A stretch of DNA of 64,000 nt from Oligoflexales bacterium (lineage in GTDB: Bacteria; Bdellovibrionota_B; Oligoflexia; Oligoflexales; CAIYRB01), in assembly GCA_041736175.1 (NCBI GenBank), contig JBGSUI010000234.1, forward strand, positions 1-64,000, read 5' to 3'. Shown in pieces: positions 1-9,852 of the stretch; the first letter of the stretch is position 1, and the number at the start of each line of letters is the position of its first letter. The notes beneath the pieces are model-generated. The model saw only the letters and a program-made list of their open reading frames with translations. It did not search any database and had not been told where the DNA came from. The translations under genes were made by a program, and so were the position numbers.

Positions 1-2
1 TT

Positions 3-80
3 CAAAAAGATGCTCAAACACAAAACTCTAAAATCTGGCTAGTGGTCCTCGGCTATGATAAAAGCGGGAAATTAAGCTGA
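3..80 (+). CDS. Possible 3' end of a gene entering from the left edge (QKDAQTQNSKIWLVVLGYDKSGKLS*)
   Basis: Open frame read by hand from position 3 to TGA at 78-80; too short to identify. Confidence 0.3.
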   Translation, partial: QKDAQTQNSKIWLVVLGYDKSGKLS

Positions 81-203
81 TATTCCGAAGAAAACACACG
101 TTTCATATAAATAGATCTTCTGCATTGCAAGATCTAAGAAATATATGCCATGATCAGTGATCCGCAAAAAAGGCAATGAGACCTCACTTTTCTTAAAAGA
201 GAT

Positions 204-1562
204 CTAGCGGAGTGAGACTGCAAACCGAGCATCCACCACATCACGAGTCTTAGAGATCGTCCCTTTTCGATCCGAAAAATTCGCCAAATCGTATAACTTA
301 TCGATGGTCTGGAGCTGGTATTCTACAGACACTGAGGAGTTGTTTGATAAAAACAGTCCAAGCCCGGCTGTAAGAGAATCTGTTCCAAAGTTATTTACAG
401 GATCATTCGTCGTTTTGGTGCACTGAGACTCAGCAAACTCAGAACATGGGGAAAATGTTTTCACAGATCCAGAATCCACATCTCTTTTTGAGTAATTGAG
501 AGCTAGAAAATAGTCAGAACCGCTTTTATAGATTAAATCCACATTGAAGACGGTCTTTTGAACCGTGTTAACGGTCAGTCCATCTTGGTCTTCGATGAAA
601 AATGAAGTGACATCTATGCGAGGGCATTTTTTTAGGTCTGAGAGAGATAGCTGTGAAGCTTGCTTTTTGGCGAGGTCAGAATAAACATTTCGCTGATAGC
701 CAAGCCCTAACTGTAGGCCCTCTGTCCCTGGCCAAACACCATCCACCACCAAGCCAAGGGACATACGTTGGGTAGAGTAGCCGGCGGCATCATAGGGCAA
801 CGGGGAGAGTGATGATGAGGGGTCACATTCGTTAGCGAATTTTTTTAGCTTCCAACGGGCTTCTTCTGACCCGGCACTATTTCCATCGAGGGAAATGCCC
901 AAATGGGTCTTGATTCCACGGATGGGGCTCGCACCGATATCAAAGCCAAAAAACTGCTGTGTATCGAGATTTTTGCCATTTTCCCCTTCACCATTTCCGG
1001 CTGCAAAACGAACATGCATTTCGGGGAGTGCCAGGAGGTTATAAGTCACTGTAAGGGCCGTTTGTTTCCAACCGGATTCCATAAAGGGGTTGCTAAGGGC
1101 TAGGGGGTTTTCAGTGGGATAGAGGGCCGACCCACGAAAGGATTCGATGGCGATTTCGAGTTGGGATCGAGGGCTCCAAGCAATCTTGTAATCTTCAATA
1201 ATACCAACCGATTGATCTTCTATCCCTGGTCGAGAATCCAAGATAGGTCGATTTTCGAATGCGCCCACGGGGCTATTAAAAGGATTGATTGCTACCCGTC
1301 CATAAATTCGCTCAATTTGCCTTTCTCCGAGGATACTTAAGGACGATAATCCAATGCAACTTTGGGAGGCACCTTTGTCTAAGTTAAAGTCATGGAGACA
1401 ATCAAAGGAAGCATGGATTCCCAGATTCATCGCGGATGTAGGCTTTTCTCGGTTTTCTGTGGATTTCGGGCTAGGGTTGGGTTTGTTTTCTGCCCCCATC
1501 AGAGGAGTCCCCAAGATAACTCCACACCCAAAAATAACCAGATGCAAAACAATAAACAACAT
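204..1562 (-). CDS. Putative outer-membrane beta-barrel (porin-like) protein, Cys-rich
   Basis: Hydrophobic N-terminal signal; many alternating amphipathic strands (YKIAWSP, LTVTYNL, LQLGLGYQ, SVSVEYQ); ends in a beta-strand (VVDARFAVSLR). Confidence 0.6.
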   Translation of the reverse strand: MLFIVLHLVIFGCGVILGTPLMGAENKPNPSPKSTENREKPTSAMNLGIHASFDCLHDFNLDKGASQSCIGLSSLSILGERQIERIYGRVAINPFNSPVGAFENRPILDSRPGIEDQSVGIIEDYKIAWSPRSQLEIAIESFRGSALYPTENPLALSNPFMESGWKQTALTVTYNLLALPEMHVRFAAGNGEGENGKNLDTQQFFGFDIGASPIRGIKTHLGISLDGNSAGSEEARWKLKKFANECDPSSSLSPLPYDAAGYSTQRMSLGLVVDGVWPGTEGLQLGLGYQRNVYSDLAKKQASQLSLSDLKKCPRIDVTSFFIEDQDGLTVNTVQKTVFNVDLIYKSGSDYFLALNYSKRDVDSGSVKTFSPCSEFAESQCTKTTNDPVNNFGTDSLTAGLGLFLSNNSSVSVEYQLQTIDKLYDLANFSDRKGTISKTRDVVDARFAVSLR

Positions 1563-1593
1563 AGATTTTTACCCATAAAAGGAGTTAATCAGA

Positions 1594-2907
1594 TTACAGT
1601 CTGCTATCGAAAATATAGGAAATATTGAGTGCCAGTCTTTGCACCGAATTTCGGTAAGAATTATCCCCATTATTAAAGCCACCAGCGCGGTTGCCAAGTT
1701 GGTCCTCTGACTGGCGTACTTCCGTTGCAAAGGCTAGCTGTGCGGAGGCGCCCTGCTTGCTGGATGCTTTGACACCGAATTCGTACTGATATCCTTCGGC
1801 TTTGACTTCATCATCTGGTGGAAGGGTTTGTCCTATCCGGGCGGGATCCAGCATTGCCTTGCCAAAGTCAAGAGAACCCAAAATAAAAAATTCGGGTACC
1901 ATTTCGAACACTCCGCTAAACTTTAGACTTTGGTGAGTTCTGTCAGGGATCGGGTCAGCTATTGTGACGGATTCGCCCGAGGTCTGATTAGATATCGCCG
2001 CGCTCCCAGACTTTCTATCAAATTTATCGACGGCATATTTCGCATCAACACACAGTAGGAGTTGGGAGTTGTTAAGGCTGTGGGACTTGATACCGAGCTT
2101 TTTTGTAAAACCCCCTTGAAGATAGGCTCTAGAAACATCAAAGAGTTCGTTGAGCCTTGCTTCGTGATAGCTCAGAGTCGCTAGGATGGCCATATCGTCC
2201 TTCAATTGAAATCGTGTGGCTAAGAGTCCGCCGTTTTTGTGGTCATCGTTTCCTACGGCGGTCTTTTTTGGGCTCACATCTTGTGATGTTCCCTGTTCAC
2301 TTCTCTCGTTAGTCCCTTGGAAAATTGCTATATCAAAATCAAAAACCGGACTACGACCCCCTTCAGGCACCCAGCTAAAGAGCAGAGCGAAAGTTTTGCT
2401 TACCGGTCTTATTTCAAGTCCAAAGGGTAAATCGCTTGAATAAGCCTCCGCCACAGATGAGAGTTGTTCAAAAACACCAAGAGATACACGGAGTGCATTT
2501 AAGGGCGTCAACTGAATTTGGTAAGCATCTAAAAAATTAAGGGAAGGAGTTTCATCAACGACATCTCCCAAACGATCATCGCGTTCTCTTCGCATCTTAA
2601 TAGAGCCGTCCCCAGAGGATTGGGAAAAGGCTTCGGGTCTGAATACAAGTGTCAGTCCGCTTTTTTTACCGTTGGACCAGTTCCAGATGAACCGAGTTTT
2701 CTTAAGACCTAATGATGAGGTCTCAGATTGATCAATTCTGTTGATTTGGTTTATCCAAACAAGCGAGAGGTTTCCAGAGAAATTGGAAGCCATAGAAGTA
2801 GATTGGGCTGATAGAAGACTTGTGCTAAAAACGCCAAAAATCACGCAATAAACCTTAAATATCCATCCAATATCCCAATTGCGTCTCAGAGTTAGCTTAT
2901 GCGTCAA
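1594..2907 (-). CDS. Putative outer-membrane beta-barrel (porin-like) protein
   Basis: Signal-like N-terminus; FLDAYQIQLTP/LRVSLGVF strands; C-terminal beta-signal-like RLALNISYIF; start codon uncertain. Confidence 0.6.
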   Translation of the reverse strand: MTHKLTLRRNWDIGWIFKVYCVIFGVFSTSLLSAQSTSMASNFSGNLSLVWINQINRIDQSETSSLGLKKTRFIWNWSNGKKSGLTLVFRPEAFSQSSGDGSIKMRRERDDRLGDVVDETPSLNFLDAYQIQLTPLNALRVSLGVFEQLSSVAEAYSSDLPFGLEIRPVSKTFALLFSWVPEGGRSPVFDFDIAIFQGTNERSEQGTSQDVSPKKTAVGNDDHKNGGLLATRFQLKDDMAILATLSYHEARLNELFDVSRAYLQGGFTKKLGIKSHSLNNSQLLLCVDAKYAVDKFDRKSGSAAISNQTSGESVTIADPIPDRTHQSLKFSGVFEMVPEFFILGSLDFGKAMLDPARIGQTLPPDDEVKAEGYQYEFGVKASSKQGASAQLAFATEVRQSEDQLGNRAGGFNNGDNSYRNSVQRLALNISYIFDSRL

Positions 2908-3124
2908 TATTTCAACCCCCGCTCTGTGATTTTCACCAGTCGCCCGCCGGATCTTTGACAGGGTGTCAATAAAATGTCCCAGTCATCAGGCTATTAAAGT
3001 GTACCTTGGGTCTTTAGATAAATCGACAAAAAGCTGCCAAAGGGGAATCTAACTTCCCGAGTAAGATCTTTCAAGTATGGAGACCATCATTGTAAATCAA
3101 GGCGTTTGTCCTAACGATGAGGAG

Positions 3125-3141
3125 TTGGCATGATCCTAGCA
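3125..3141 (+). promoter_or_regulatory. sigma54 (-24/-12) promoter of the fliL operon
   Basis: TTGGCATGATCCTAGCA = GG-N10-GC, about 70 bp upstream of fliL. Confidence 0.75.
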
Positions 3142-3212
3142 TTTAGAATGGAGCGATCCAGGTGTAGAGGAAGCGTCCTGGGAAAACTCAGGGCACATTA
3201 GCTGAGGCATGA

Positions 3213-3956
3213 ATGGCAGAAAAAAAAGACGAAAAGAAAGAAGAGAAGAAAGAGGTTACTCCCGAGGAAGAGGCGTCTAAATCTAAAAAAAAACGTCTGC
3301 TTATCATAATCATCGGTGGAGGGCTGTTTATTGCCATCGCAGCAGGAGCGGCTTTCTTTATGTTGGCTTCGGGGGGCAAAGATCCCGGTAAGGGCGGAGA
3401 GGGATCCTCCGAACACGAACCAGCCGACACAAAGTCGGAGCATGGCTCAGAAAAAAAGGAGGAGAAATCTGGTGATGGTAAGAAGGACTCTCCTGAACAT
3501 GGGGCTAGCGAAAAAAAAGCCGGGGATCAGGGTAAAGACGCTGCAAGCCAACCAAAAAAGGAAGGTGAGGCTGGTAAAGGCGCAGAAGGAACAAAAGAGG
3601 CGCCTAAAAAGGATGATAAAAAGTCCGGAGACAAAAAAATAGATGGTGTGGATTTTGGCTGCACGATGCCTCTTGGGCCTTTCCACCTTAACCTTGGTAA
3701 TCCACTCGAAAATAGATACATTCGCATTGATTTAGCCGTTGAATATGGTTGTGCCGAGGAACAGAAAGCCGAGCTAGAGAAAAGAACGCCACAGCTCAAA
3801 AACGCAGTCATCGCTGTGACGACTCGAAAGACCCGGGAGTTTTTGTTGGGGCCTGATGGAAAGGAACAACTCCGCAAGGAAATCCTTAATCGGGTTAACC
3901 ACTTTATGACCAAAAAAATTGAAGACATCTATATAACAGAAATAATTATCGAGTAA
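3213..3956 (+). CDS. fliL: Flagellar basal body-associated protein FliL with a long charged linker
   Basis: KKK + TM helix; C-terminal LGPFHLNL...RYIRIDL...GKEQLRKEILNRVN...IYITEIIIE; directly upstream of fliM. Confidence 0.92.
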   Translation: MAEKKDEKKEEKKEVTPEEEASKSKKKRLLIIIIGGGLFIAIAAGAAFFMLASGGKDPGKGGEGSSEHEPADTKSEHGSEKKEEKSGDGKKDSPEHGASEKKAGDQGKDAASQPKKEGEAGKGAEGTKEAPKKDDKKSGDKKIDGVDFGCTMPLGPFHLNLGNPLENRYIRIDLAVEYGCAEEQKAELEKRTPQLKNAVIAVTTRKTREFLLGPDGKEQLRKEILNRVNHFMTKKIEDIYITEIIIE

Positions 3957-3960
3957 AAGA

Positions 3961-4944
3961 ATGAATCAGGTCTTATCACAAAACGAGGTCGACGCGCTGT
4001 TGTCAGCAGTGTCGGACAACCGAGTTGATTCCGATGAGGGTGGCGGAGACGATGGCCTAAAAAGTGGCGTCGTCCAGTATGACTTAGCCAACCAAGACCG
4101 AATCATTCGTGGTCGGATGCCCACGCTCGATATTATCCACGATCGGTTTATTCGACTCTTTAGGGTTACACTGTCAAATTCCCTGCGCAAAATGGCGAAT
4201 TTAAGCGTCAATTCTACAGGACCGCTAAAATTTAGCGAATTTATGAATTCCCTGCCACTCCCATCTTGTCTTAATATTTTGCGTCTTGACCCCTTGCGCG
4301 GGGCTGCCGTGATGGTTATCGAATCGAAACTGCTTTATGCGTTAGTCGATAGTTTTTTTGGAGGCAACGATGTTCCCTATACCAAAATTGAAGGCAAAGA
4401 CTTCACCCAAATAGAGATAAAGATCGCCCGTCGGGTTGTCCTATCGGCGATCGATGACTACGAGAAAGCCTGGGAGCCGGTTTATCCACTCAAAGTTGGT
4501 TACAGCAGGACGGAGATCAACCCCCAGTTTGTTGCTGTGGTACCGCCCTCAGACGTCGTGATTGCGACAACTTTTGATGTTGAGCTTGAAAAGGTTTCTG
4601 GAACCATTAAAATTGTGATCCCATATGCGACCCTTGAGCCTATTAAATCAAAACTTTCTGTTGGATTTCAGAGTGAGCAGTTAGAAGTTGACTTTATCTG
4701 GATCAATCGAATTAAAGAGCAAATTATGGGGACATCAGCCAATGTGCTCGTCAAATTGGGAGATGCCGACATCACGATGAGTGATTTGTTAGATTTAGCT
4801 CCAGGGGACATTATTCAGTTAGATACAGATGCCACCATGCCCTTGGACATCTTTGTAGAAGGAATACCAAAATTCAAAGGGATACCAGGGTTATTAAAAG
4901 GAAATAGAGCGCTGAAAATTATCGAGTCTTTGATCGATCAATAG
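3961..4944 (+). CDS. fliM: Flagellar motor switch protein FliM
   Basis: N-terminal CheY-binding LSQNEVDALL; GRMPTL; GG motif; C-terminal SpoA domain. Confidence 0.97.
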   Translation: MNQVLSQNEVDALLSAVSDNRVDSDEGGGDDGLKSGVVQYDLANQDRIIRGRMPTLDIIHDRFIRLFRVTLSNSLRKMANLSVNSTGPLKFSEFMNSLPLPSCLNILRLDPLRGAAVMVIESKLLYALVDSFFGGNDVPYTKIEGKDFTQIEIKIARRVVLSAIDDYEKAWEPVYPLKVGYSRTEINPQFVAVVPPSDVVIATTFDVELEKVSGTIKIVIPYATLEPIKSKLSVGFQSEQLEVDFIWINRIKEQIMGTSANVLVKLGDADITMSDLLDLAPGDIIQLDTDATMPLDIFVEGIPKFKGIPGLLKGNRALKIIESLIDQ

Positions 4945-4953
4945 GAGACGTAA

Positions 4954-5403
4954 ATGAGTACTGAAGGCGGGGGCATGAATCCAGAGGATTTTGGACTCGG
5001 TAATGATTTTGACGAAGCCCTAAATGAGGCAAGTGGTGGACAGCAGCCAGGAGGCGGGGGAAATACTGATAAAGGCCCCAGCGCACCACAGGTATCCGAT
5101 GAAATTAAGCTTCCGAAGATGGATTTTTCAAAATTAAAAATGATTTTGGATATTCCATTGAAAGTATCAGTCGAGTTAGGCCGGACCAAGATGTTGGTCA
5201 ATGATTTATTGCAGCTTGGCCAGGGATCAGTGATTGAGCTAGACAAAATCGCTGGTGAGCCCATGGAGATTCTTATTAATGACAAATTGGTGGCCATGGG
5301 GGAAGTCGTCGTGGTAAACGAAAAGTTTGGAGTCCGCTTAACGGACGTTGTCTCTCAGTTTGGACTTGGTGATGTGACGACTTCGGAAAAAATGCAAAGC
5401 TAA
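4954..5403 (+). CDS. fliN: Flagellar motor switch protein FliN
   Basis: [15 protein letters not shown]...[14 protein letters not shown]. Confidence 0.97.
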   Translation: MSTEGGGMNPEDFGLGNDFDEALNEASGGQQPGGGGNTDKGPSAPQVSDEIKLPKMDFSKLKMILDIPLKVSVELGRTKMLVNDLLQLGQGSVIELDKIAGEPMEILINDKLVAMGEVVVVNEKFGVRLTDVVSQFGLGDVTTSEKMQS

Positions 5404-5423
5404 AAACTCTTAAGGCGGTCATT

Positions 5424-6827
5424 ATGAGATCAGGGATCATAGTTGGACTACTTATTTGTGGAATCTCGACAGTCATACATGGCAAAACAAAGGCTTCGAA
5501 TGAAGACCTCAATAAAACCGTATCCATAACAGAAGTTCAAACAGAAAACTCAGTAGAACACACCATCATTCATGTCCAGCTCAATGCACCACCTACCTGG
5601 ACAAAAATTGAGGATATTCAGGACCACTCGTCCTTTACGCAGATTTTGTTAAAGGACACGATCGCTGGATTACCAGGGAAATTTTGGGATGCGGAAGGAC
5701 CTGCCGTAGCTAAAGTAGGTATATTTCAGTCAACTGAGACTTCTGTAGGGATCAGGATTTTTCCTAAACCAGGCATCAAACTCGATAATAATCAGATCAA
5801 AACCGAAATCCTAGGCAGTCGATTTATGATCCTCATAGACAACCCTAGAGATATGGCAAAGAAAGAGGCACAGACACTTTTTGTCGGCCCTCCTCAGCAT
5901 TTGGTCCCGAAATCAGATGTTGAGAAAGTCGAAAATAATATTCGAATTCAGACTGATAGTGATTCCCAAATCAACGACTCTGCCATTGATCCAATATCAG
6001 AAATAAGGGCCGAAGACACGACGCCTCGAACCTTGGCGAAAGGATCAAAAAAGATTGATGAGTCTACTAAAAGTGAAATATGGGCGGGTGAAGGGGTCGT
6101 CGTAAAATCGACGATATTTATAGCACTCCTTATTGTTGCAAGTTTGGTTATTTTAACTCAAAGAAAGTTCAAAATGCTTCGTGATATCCGCCAAGAGGAC
6201 CTAAAAGACTCTACGATTATCAATCTTTCATCCCTACATGTCTCGCCAAAACAAAAGATCTCTCTTATCCAAGTGGGTCTTGAAAGATTTTTAATCGGAG
6301 TCACTCCTACGGGAGTTTCGCTGCTAACAAGCCTTGAAAAGCATCAAAAAGAGGACCACCGTAAGATCGAATTTGGGCAAAGAATCAATCCCAATATTTT
6401 TGCAATCACCAACGAAAACGATAAGCCAACCGGTTCAAAAAAATTTCTCGAACACTTAGAGACGGCCGACGGTGGTCCATTAGATAGAAATGGAGACATA
6501 CTCAGCAACTACGTAAGTCCAAAAATTTCTAGCGAACCAAAAAGGGAGTCTCCAGCGTCCCCAAAACAAACCAAATCTCCAGGTGGCATTCGAGAATCCT
6601 TAAAAAAAGAAGGTCGTCTTCAGGAAAAGACGCAAGGACCAAAAAGGGTACGCATCTCGATCGATGACGACGGAATCAGGGATCTCTCTCCAGAAAAGCA
6701 GATTTCCCCTATAAAGGAGGCTCACAATAAAAGGTACCAAAACGACTCCACAGGAGTTGACCATAAAGTGATTGATGATGTGACCAAATTGATTAGAGAC
6801 CGCATTAGTGGACTCAGAAAGATTTAA
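5424..6827 (+). CDS. fliO: Extended FliO (N-terminal periplasmic domain, TM, FliO core, long disordered tail)
   Basis: Position between fliN and fliP; core IINLSSLHVSPKQKISLIQVGLERFLIGVTPTGVSLL after a TM helix. Confidence 0.8.
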   Translation: MRSGIIVGLLICGISTVIHGKTKASNEDLNKTVSITEVQTENSVEHTIIHVQLNAPPTWTKIEDIQDHSSFTQILLKDTIAGLPGKFWDAEGPAVAKVGIFQSTETSVGIRIFPKPGIKLDNNQIKTEILGSRFMILIDNPRDMAKKEAQTLFVGPPQHLVPKSDVEKVENNIRIQTDSDSQINDSAIDPISEIRAEDTTPRTLAKGSKKIDESTKSEIWAGEGVVVKSTIFIALLIVASLVILTQRKFKMLRDIRQEDLKDSTIINLSSLHVSPKQKISLIQVGLERFLIGVTPTGVSLLTSLEKHQKEDHRKIEFGQRINPNIFAITNENDKPTGSKKFLEHLETADGGPLDRNGDILSNYVSPKISSEPKRESPASPKQTKSPGGIRESLKKEGRLQEKTQGPKRVRISIDDDGIRDLSPEKQISPIKEAHNKRYQNDSTGVDHKVIDDVTKLIRDRISGLRKI

Positions 6828-6837
6828 GTTTCTATAC

Positions 6838-7650
6838 ATGGAAATAATTCTCAAAATGATGCGTTTAATGGTCCTCGTGATCCCAGTACTGGGTGTCTAT
6901 ACCCCAGCATTAGGCAGTGAAAATCCGTCTAATGGGCTTAAAATACCCACCTTGTCCCTCGATTTAAAACAGACAGATGACCCAGAAGATTTTGTGCCAG
7001 CAATCAAAATAGTAATGGGGTTGACGATTCTGTCGGTAGCTCCGGCCATTTTACTGATGATGACTTCTTTTACACGAATTATTGTAGTCTTAAGCTTTGT
7101 GAGACAGGCAATGGGCACGGTGAATATGCCTCCTAATCAGGTCATGATCGGTCTCGCGATGTTTCTCACCTATTACACTATGAGCCCAGTTTTTGAAGAG
7201 ATTAAAACCACGGCCTACGACCCGTATATTGCAAAGCATATAAGTCAAGAACAAGCGATCGATGCATCCCTGATACCACTCAAGAAATTTATGATGAGAC
7301 AGACAAGAGAAACTGATCTGATTCTATTTGCTTCCTTGTCTAAGGCTACAGAGGCTCAGCTAAAATCTGATCCTAGCCCGGGAAATATCCTCAGCCGCAC
7401 CAATATCCCGCTATCGACAGTTATTCCATCGTTTATCGTGAGTGAACTAAAAACAGCATTTCAGATTGGATTTCTTATTTACATCCCCTTTCTTGTGATT
7501 GATATGGTCATCTCCTCGGTGCTTATGGCGATGGGTATGGTTATGTTACCTCCTGTGATTATTTCGCTCCCTTTTAAGCTAATTTTATTTGTACTCGTGG
7601 ATGGATGGGCGCTTATTTCTGAAAACCTTGTAAAAAGTTTTAACGGATAA
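6838..7650 (+). CDS. fliP: Flagellar export protein FliP
   Basis: LMMTSFTRIIVVL, PPNQV, SELKTAFQIGF, PFKLILFVLVDGW; start uncertain (ORF opens at 6808). Confidence 0.97.
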   Translation: MEIILKMMRLMVLVIPVLGVYTPALGSENPSNGLKIPTLSLDLKQTDDPEDFVPAIKIVMGLTILSVAPAILLMMTSFTRIIVVLSFVRQAMGTVNMPPNQVMIGLAMFLTYYTMSPVFEEIKTTAYDPYIAKHISQEQAIDASLIPLKKFMMRQTRETDLILFASLSKATEAQLKSDPSPGNILSRTNIPLSTVIPSFIVSELKTAFQIGFLIYIPFLVIDMVISSVLMAMGMVMLPPVIISLPFKLILFVLVDGWALISENLVKSFNG

Positions 7651-7654
7651 CTAA

Positions 7655-7930
7655 ATGAACGAACAGACCGTGATAGATATTGGCACCGAAGCAGCTTGGA
7701 TATCTATCAAGGTTTCAGCTCCCGTTTTGGTGACAGCTTTGGTCGTAGGTCTTGTCATATCAGTCTTTCAAGCAGCGACTCAAATTAACGAGCAAACGAT
7801 TACATTTGTTCCAAAAATTCTATGTATTGCCATCGTTTTAGCTATTTCAGGACCATGGATCCTCCAGATCATGCTGGTTTTTACGACGGGTCTGTTTAAC
7901 AAAATTCCGGTGATAGCTAACGGATTCTGA
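7655..7930 (+). CDS. fliQ: Flagellar export protein FliQ
   Basis: FQAATQINEQTITFVPK. Confidence 0.97.
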   Translation: MNEQTVIDIGTEAAWISIKVSAPVLVTALVVGLVISVFQAATQINEQTITFVPKILCIAIVLAISGPWILQIMLVFTTGLFNKIPVIANGF

Positions 7931-7943
7931 TTGGACACAAACT

Positions 7944-8732
7944 ATGTTTAATAGTCAAAACATTGCGGCATATTTCCCCTATATATTTTGTTTTATGCGA
8001 ATCAACGGTATCTTAACCATGCTGCCTTTTTTCGGGGACAGTCCGGTGCCACTAAAGATGCGCACTGTTTTAGCTATTTTGATGACGGTATTGATTGGCT
8101 CTCAGTTAGACTTTAGCCTCATCGGGAGCGTGCCGTTAGGGTTATGGGACACTCTCTTTTACTGCCTTAAAGAACTACTTGTGGGTGTATTTTTAGGATT
8201 TATATCGAGATTAGCGTTCGACGCGATGATCATGGCATCGTCGATCGTCGCAACCCAGATGGGATTTGGTGCAGATAAGGTTTTTCTGCCAGATTATTCA
8301 GGGGAGCTAGATAGCTTTACGGCACTACATCGAACCCTGGTCATCTTAATGTTTTTATCGCTGAATATGCACCATTTATACATAATAGCTATTAAACGAA
8401 GTTTTGAAATCATTCGAGTTTTGCAGCCAAATATATCAGGAGAAAGCCTACAAACAATCTTAACCTTGTGCTCGGAGATGTTTGTCGTAGCTCTCCAACT
8501 CTCAGCTCCTATCTTGATAGCACTCCTTTTTGCGACGACGGCGCTCGGGATTCTGTCAAGGGCTGTTCCACAATTAAATACCTTTGTGATCAGCTTTCCG
8601 ATAAATTTTTTCTTAGGAATCCTAGTTTATATAGCGACTATTGCCTTTTATCCAGATTGGATGGAACAGCACTTTGAACGGTTAAATGAAAGTGTTTCCC
8701 GTATCATTAAGTCACTGGCAATAAGTGGGTAG
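7944..8732 (+). CDS. fliR: Flagellar export protein FliR
   Basis: LPFFG, QMGF, RAVPQLN motifs; multi-TM; synteny. Confidence 0.95.
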   Translation: MFNSQNIAAYFPYIFCFMRINGILTMLPFFGDSPVPLKMRTVLAILMTVLIGSQLDFSLIGSVPLGLWDTLFYCLKELLVGVFLGFISRLAFDAMIMASSIVATQMGFGADKVFLPDYSGELDSFTALHRTLVILMFLSLNMHHLYIIAIKRSFEIIRVLQPNISGESLQTILTLCSEMFVVALQLSAPILIALLFATTALGILSRAVPQLNTFVISFPINFFLGILVYIATIAFYPDWMEQHFERLNESVSRIIKSLAISG

Positions 8733-8734
8733 AT

Positions 8735-9844
8735 ATGGCAGGAAATGAAAACGACAATGGCGATCGCACAGAAGAAGCCACCCCGGAGCGCAGGGAGGAG
8801 TTTAGGGACCGTGGTCAGGTTGCTTTTTCGAGAGAGCTGTCGTCGGTGATAAGTTTAGGATGCCTTGTCTATGTGATTTTTTACTGGTGGAAGATAGCGT
8901 CGAAAGTTATTCTGGATTTTGCGAAAAAATATTGGGCTGCAGATAATAATATTCGACCTAATTTAGAAAATATCGGAGGTCTCTTATCAGAAGCAGGGCT
9001 GATTTTTTTAAAGATAACGGTTCCTCTTTTCTTAGTAGTGGCCTTTAGCTATGGGTTGACGGTTTTTTTACAAACAAAGTTCAATTTTTCATGGGATAAG
9101 ATTAACTTTGACCTATCAAAGGTTGAGCCTTTTTCGGGATTTAAGAAGATTATTAGCACTCAGTCTCTAGTGGAGCTTCTTAAAAGTATTGGCAAGCTCT
9201 TGGTGGTGGGTTTTGTTGCATATTTGGTATTAGTGAGTGAATGGGTTCGACTCCCAGTTCTGATGCATCTGCCATTTGGAGCTAGCTGGCAATACTGGGG
9301 GATGATCACTAAGAATCTCTTTATGGCAGTCATCGGTTTGTTGCTGACCATATCACTCTTAGACTATTTTTATCAATATATGACCATAGAAAAGCAACTA
9401 AAAATGACCAAAGAAGAGGTCAAGCAGGAATACAAACAAAGGGAGGTAGACCCACATGTCCGTAATAAAATGCGAAGAATGCAGCGAGATAACGTGGCGA
9501 GAAATAAAATCGCACGGACCAGAAAAGCGACCGTGATCGTCACCAACCCTACTCACTTTTCAATCGCTCTAAAATATGAACTTGGCCTCAATGCCCCTAT
9601 TTTGTTGGCCAAGGGAGAGGATGAACTAGCCTTAAGAATGCGACTAGTGGCCAAAGAAGAGAATATTCCAATTGTAGAAAACAAAAAGTTAGCAAGGGCC
9701 TTGTATGCCCAAGTCGAAGAAGGCGAGGAGATACCCTCCAAATTTTATGCCGCGGTGGCAGAAGTCATCCGATATGTTTACCGGCTTACTGGAAAGCGAG
9801 TTCCACAGAAAAAAAAGCAGGATTCCGACAATAAAGTGATGTGA
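8735..9844 (+). CDS. flhB: Flagellar export protein FlhB
   Basis: RTEEATP, KMTKEEVKQE, NPTH autocleavage motif. Confidence 0.97.
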   Translation: MAGNENDNGDRTEEATPERREEFRDRGQVAFSRELSSVISLGCLVYVIFYWWKIASKVILDFAKKYWAADNNIRPNLENIGGLLSEAGLIFLKITVPLFLVVAFSYGLTVFLQTKFNFSWDKINFDLSKVEPFSGFKKIISTQSLVELLKSIGKLLVVGFVAYLVLVSEWVRLPVLMHLPFGASWQYWGMITKNLFMAVIGLLLTISLLDYFYQYMTIEKQLKMTKEEVKQEYKQREVDPHVRNKMRRMQRDNVARNKIARTRKATVIVTNPTHFSIALKYELGLNAPILLAKGEDELALRMRLVAKEENIPIVENKKLARALYAQVEEGEEIPSKFYAAVAEVIRYVYRLTGKRVPQKKKQDSDNKVM

Positions 9845-9852
9845 GGAGACCT

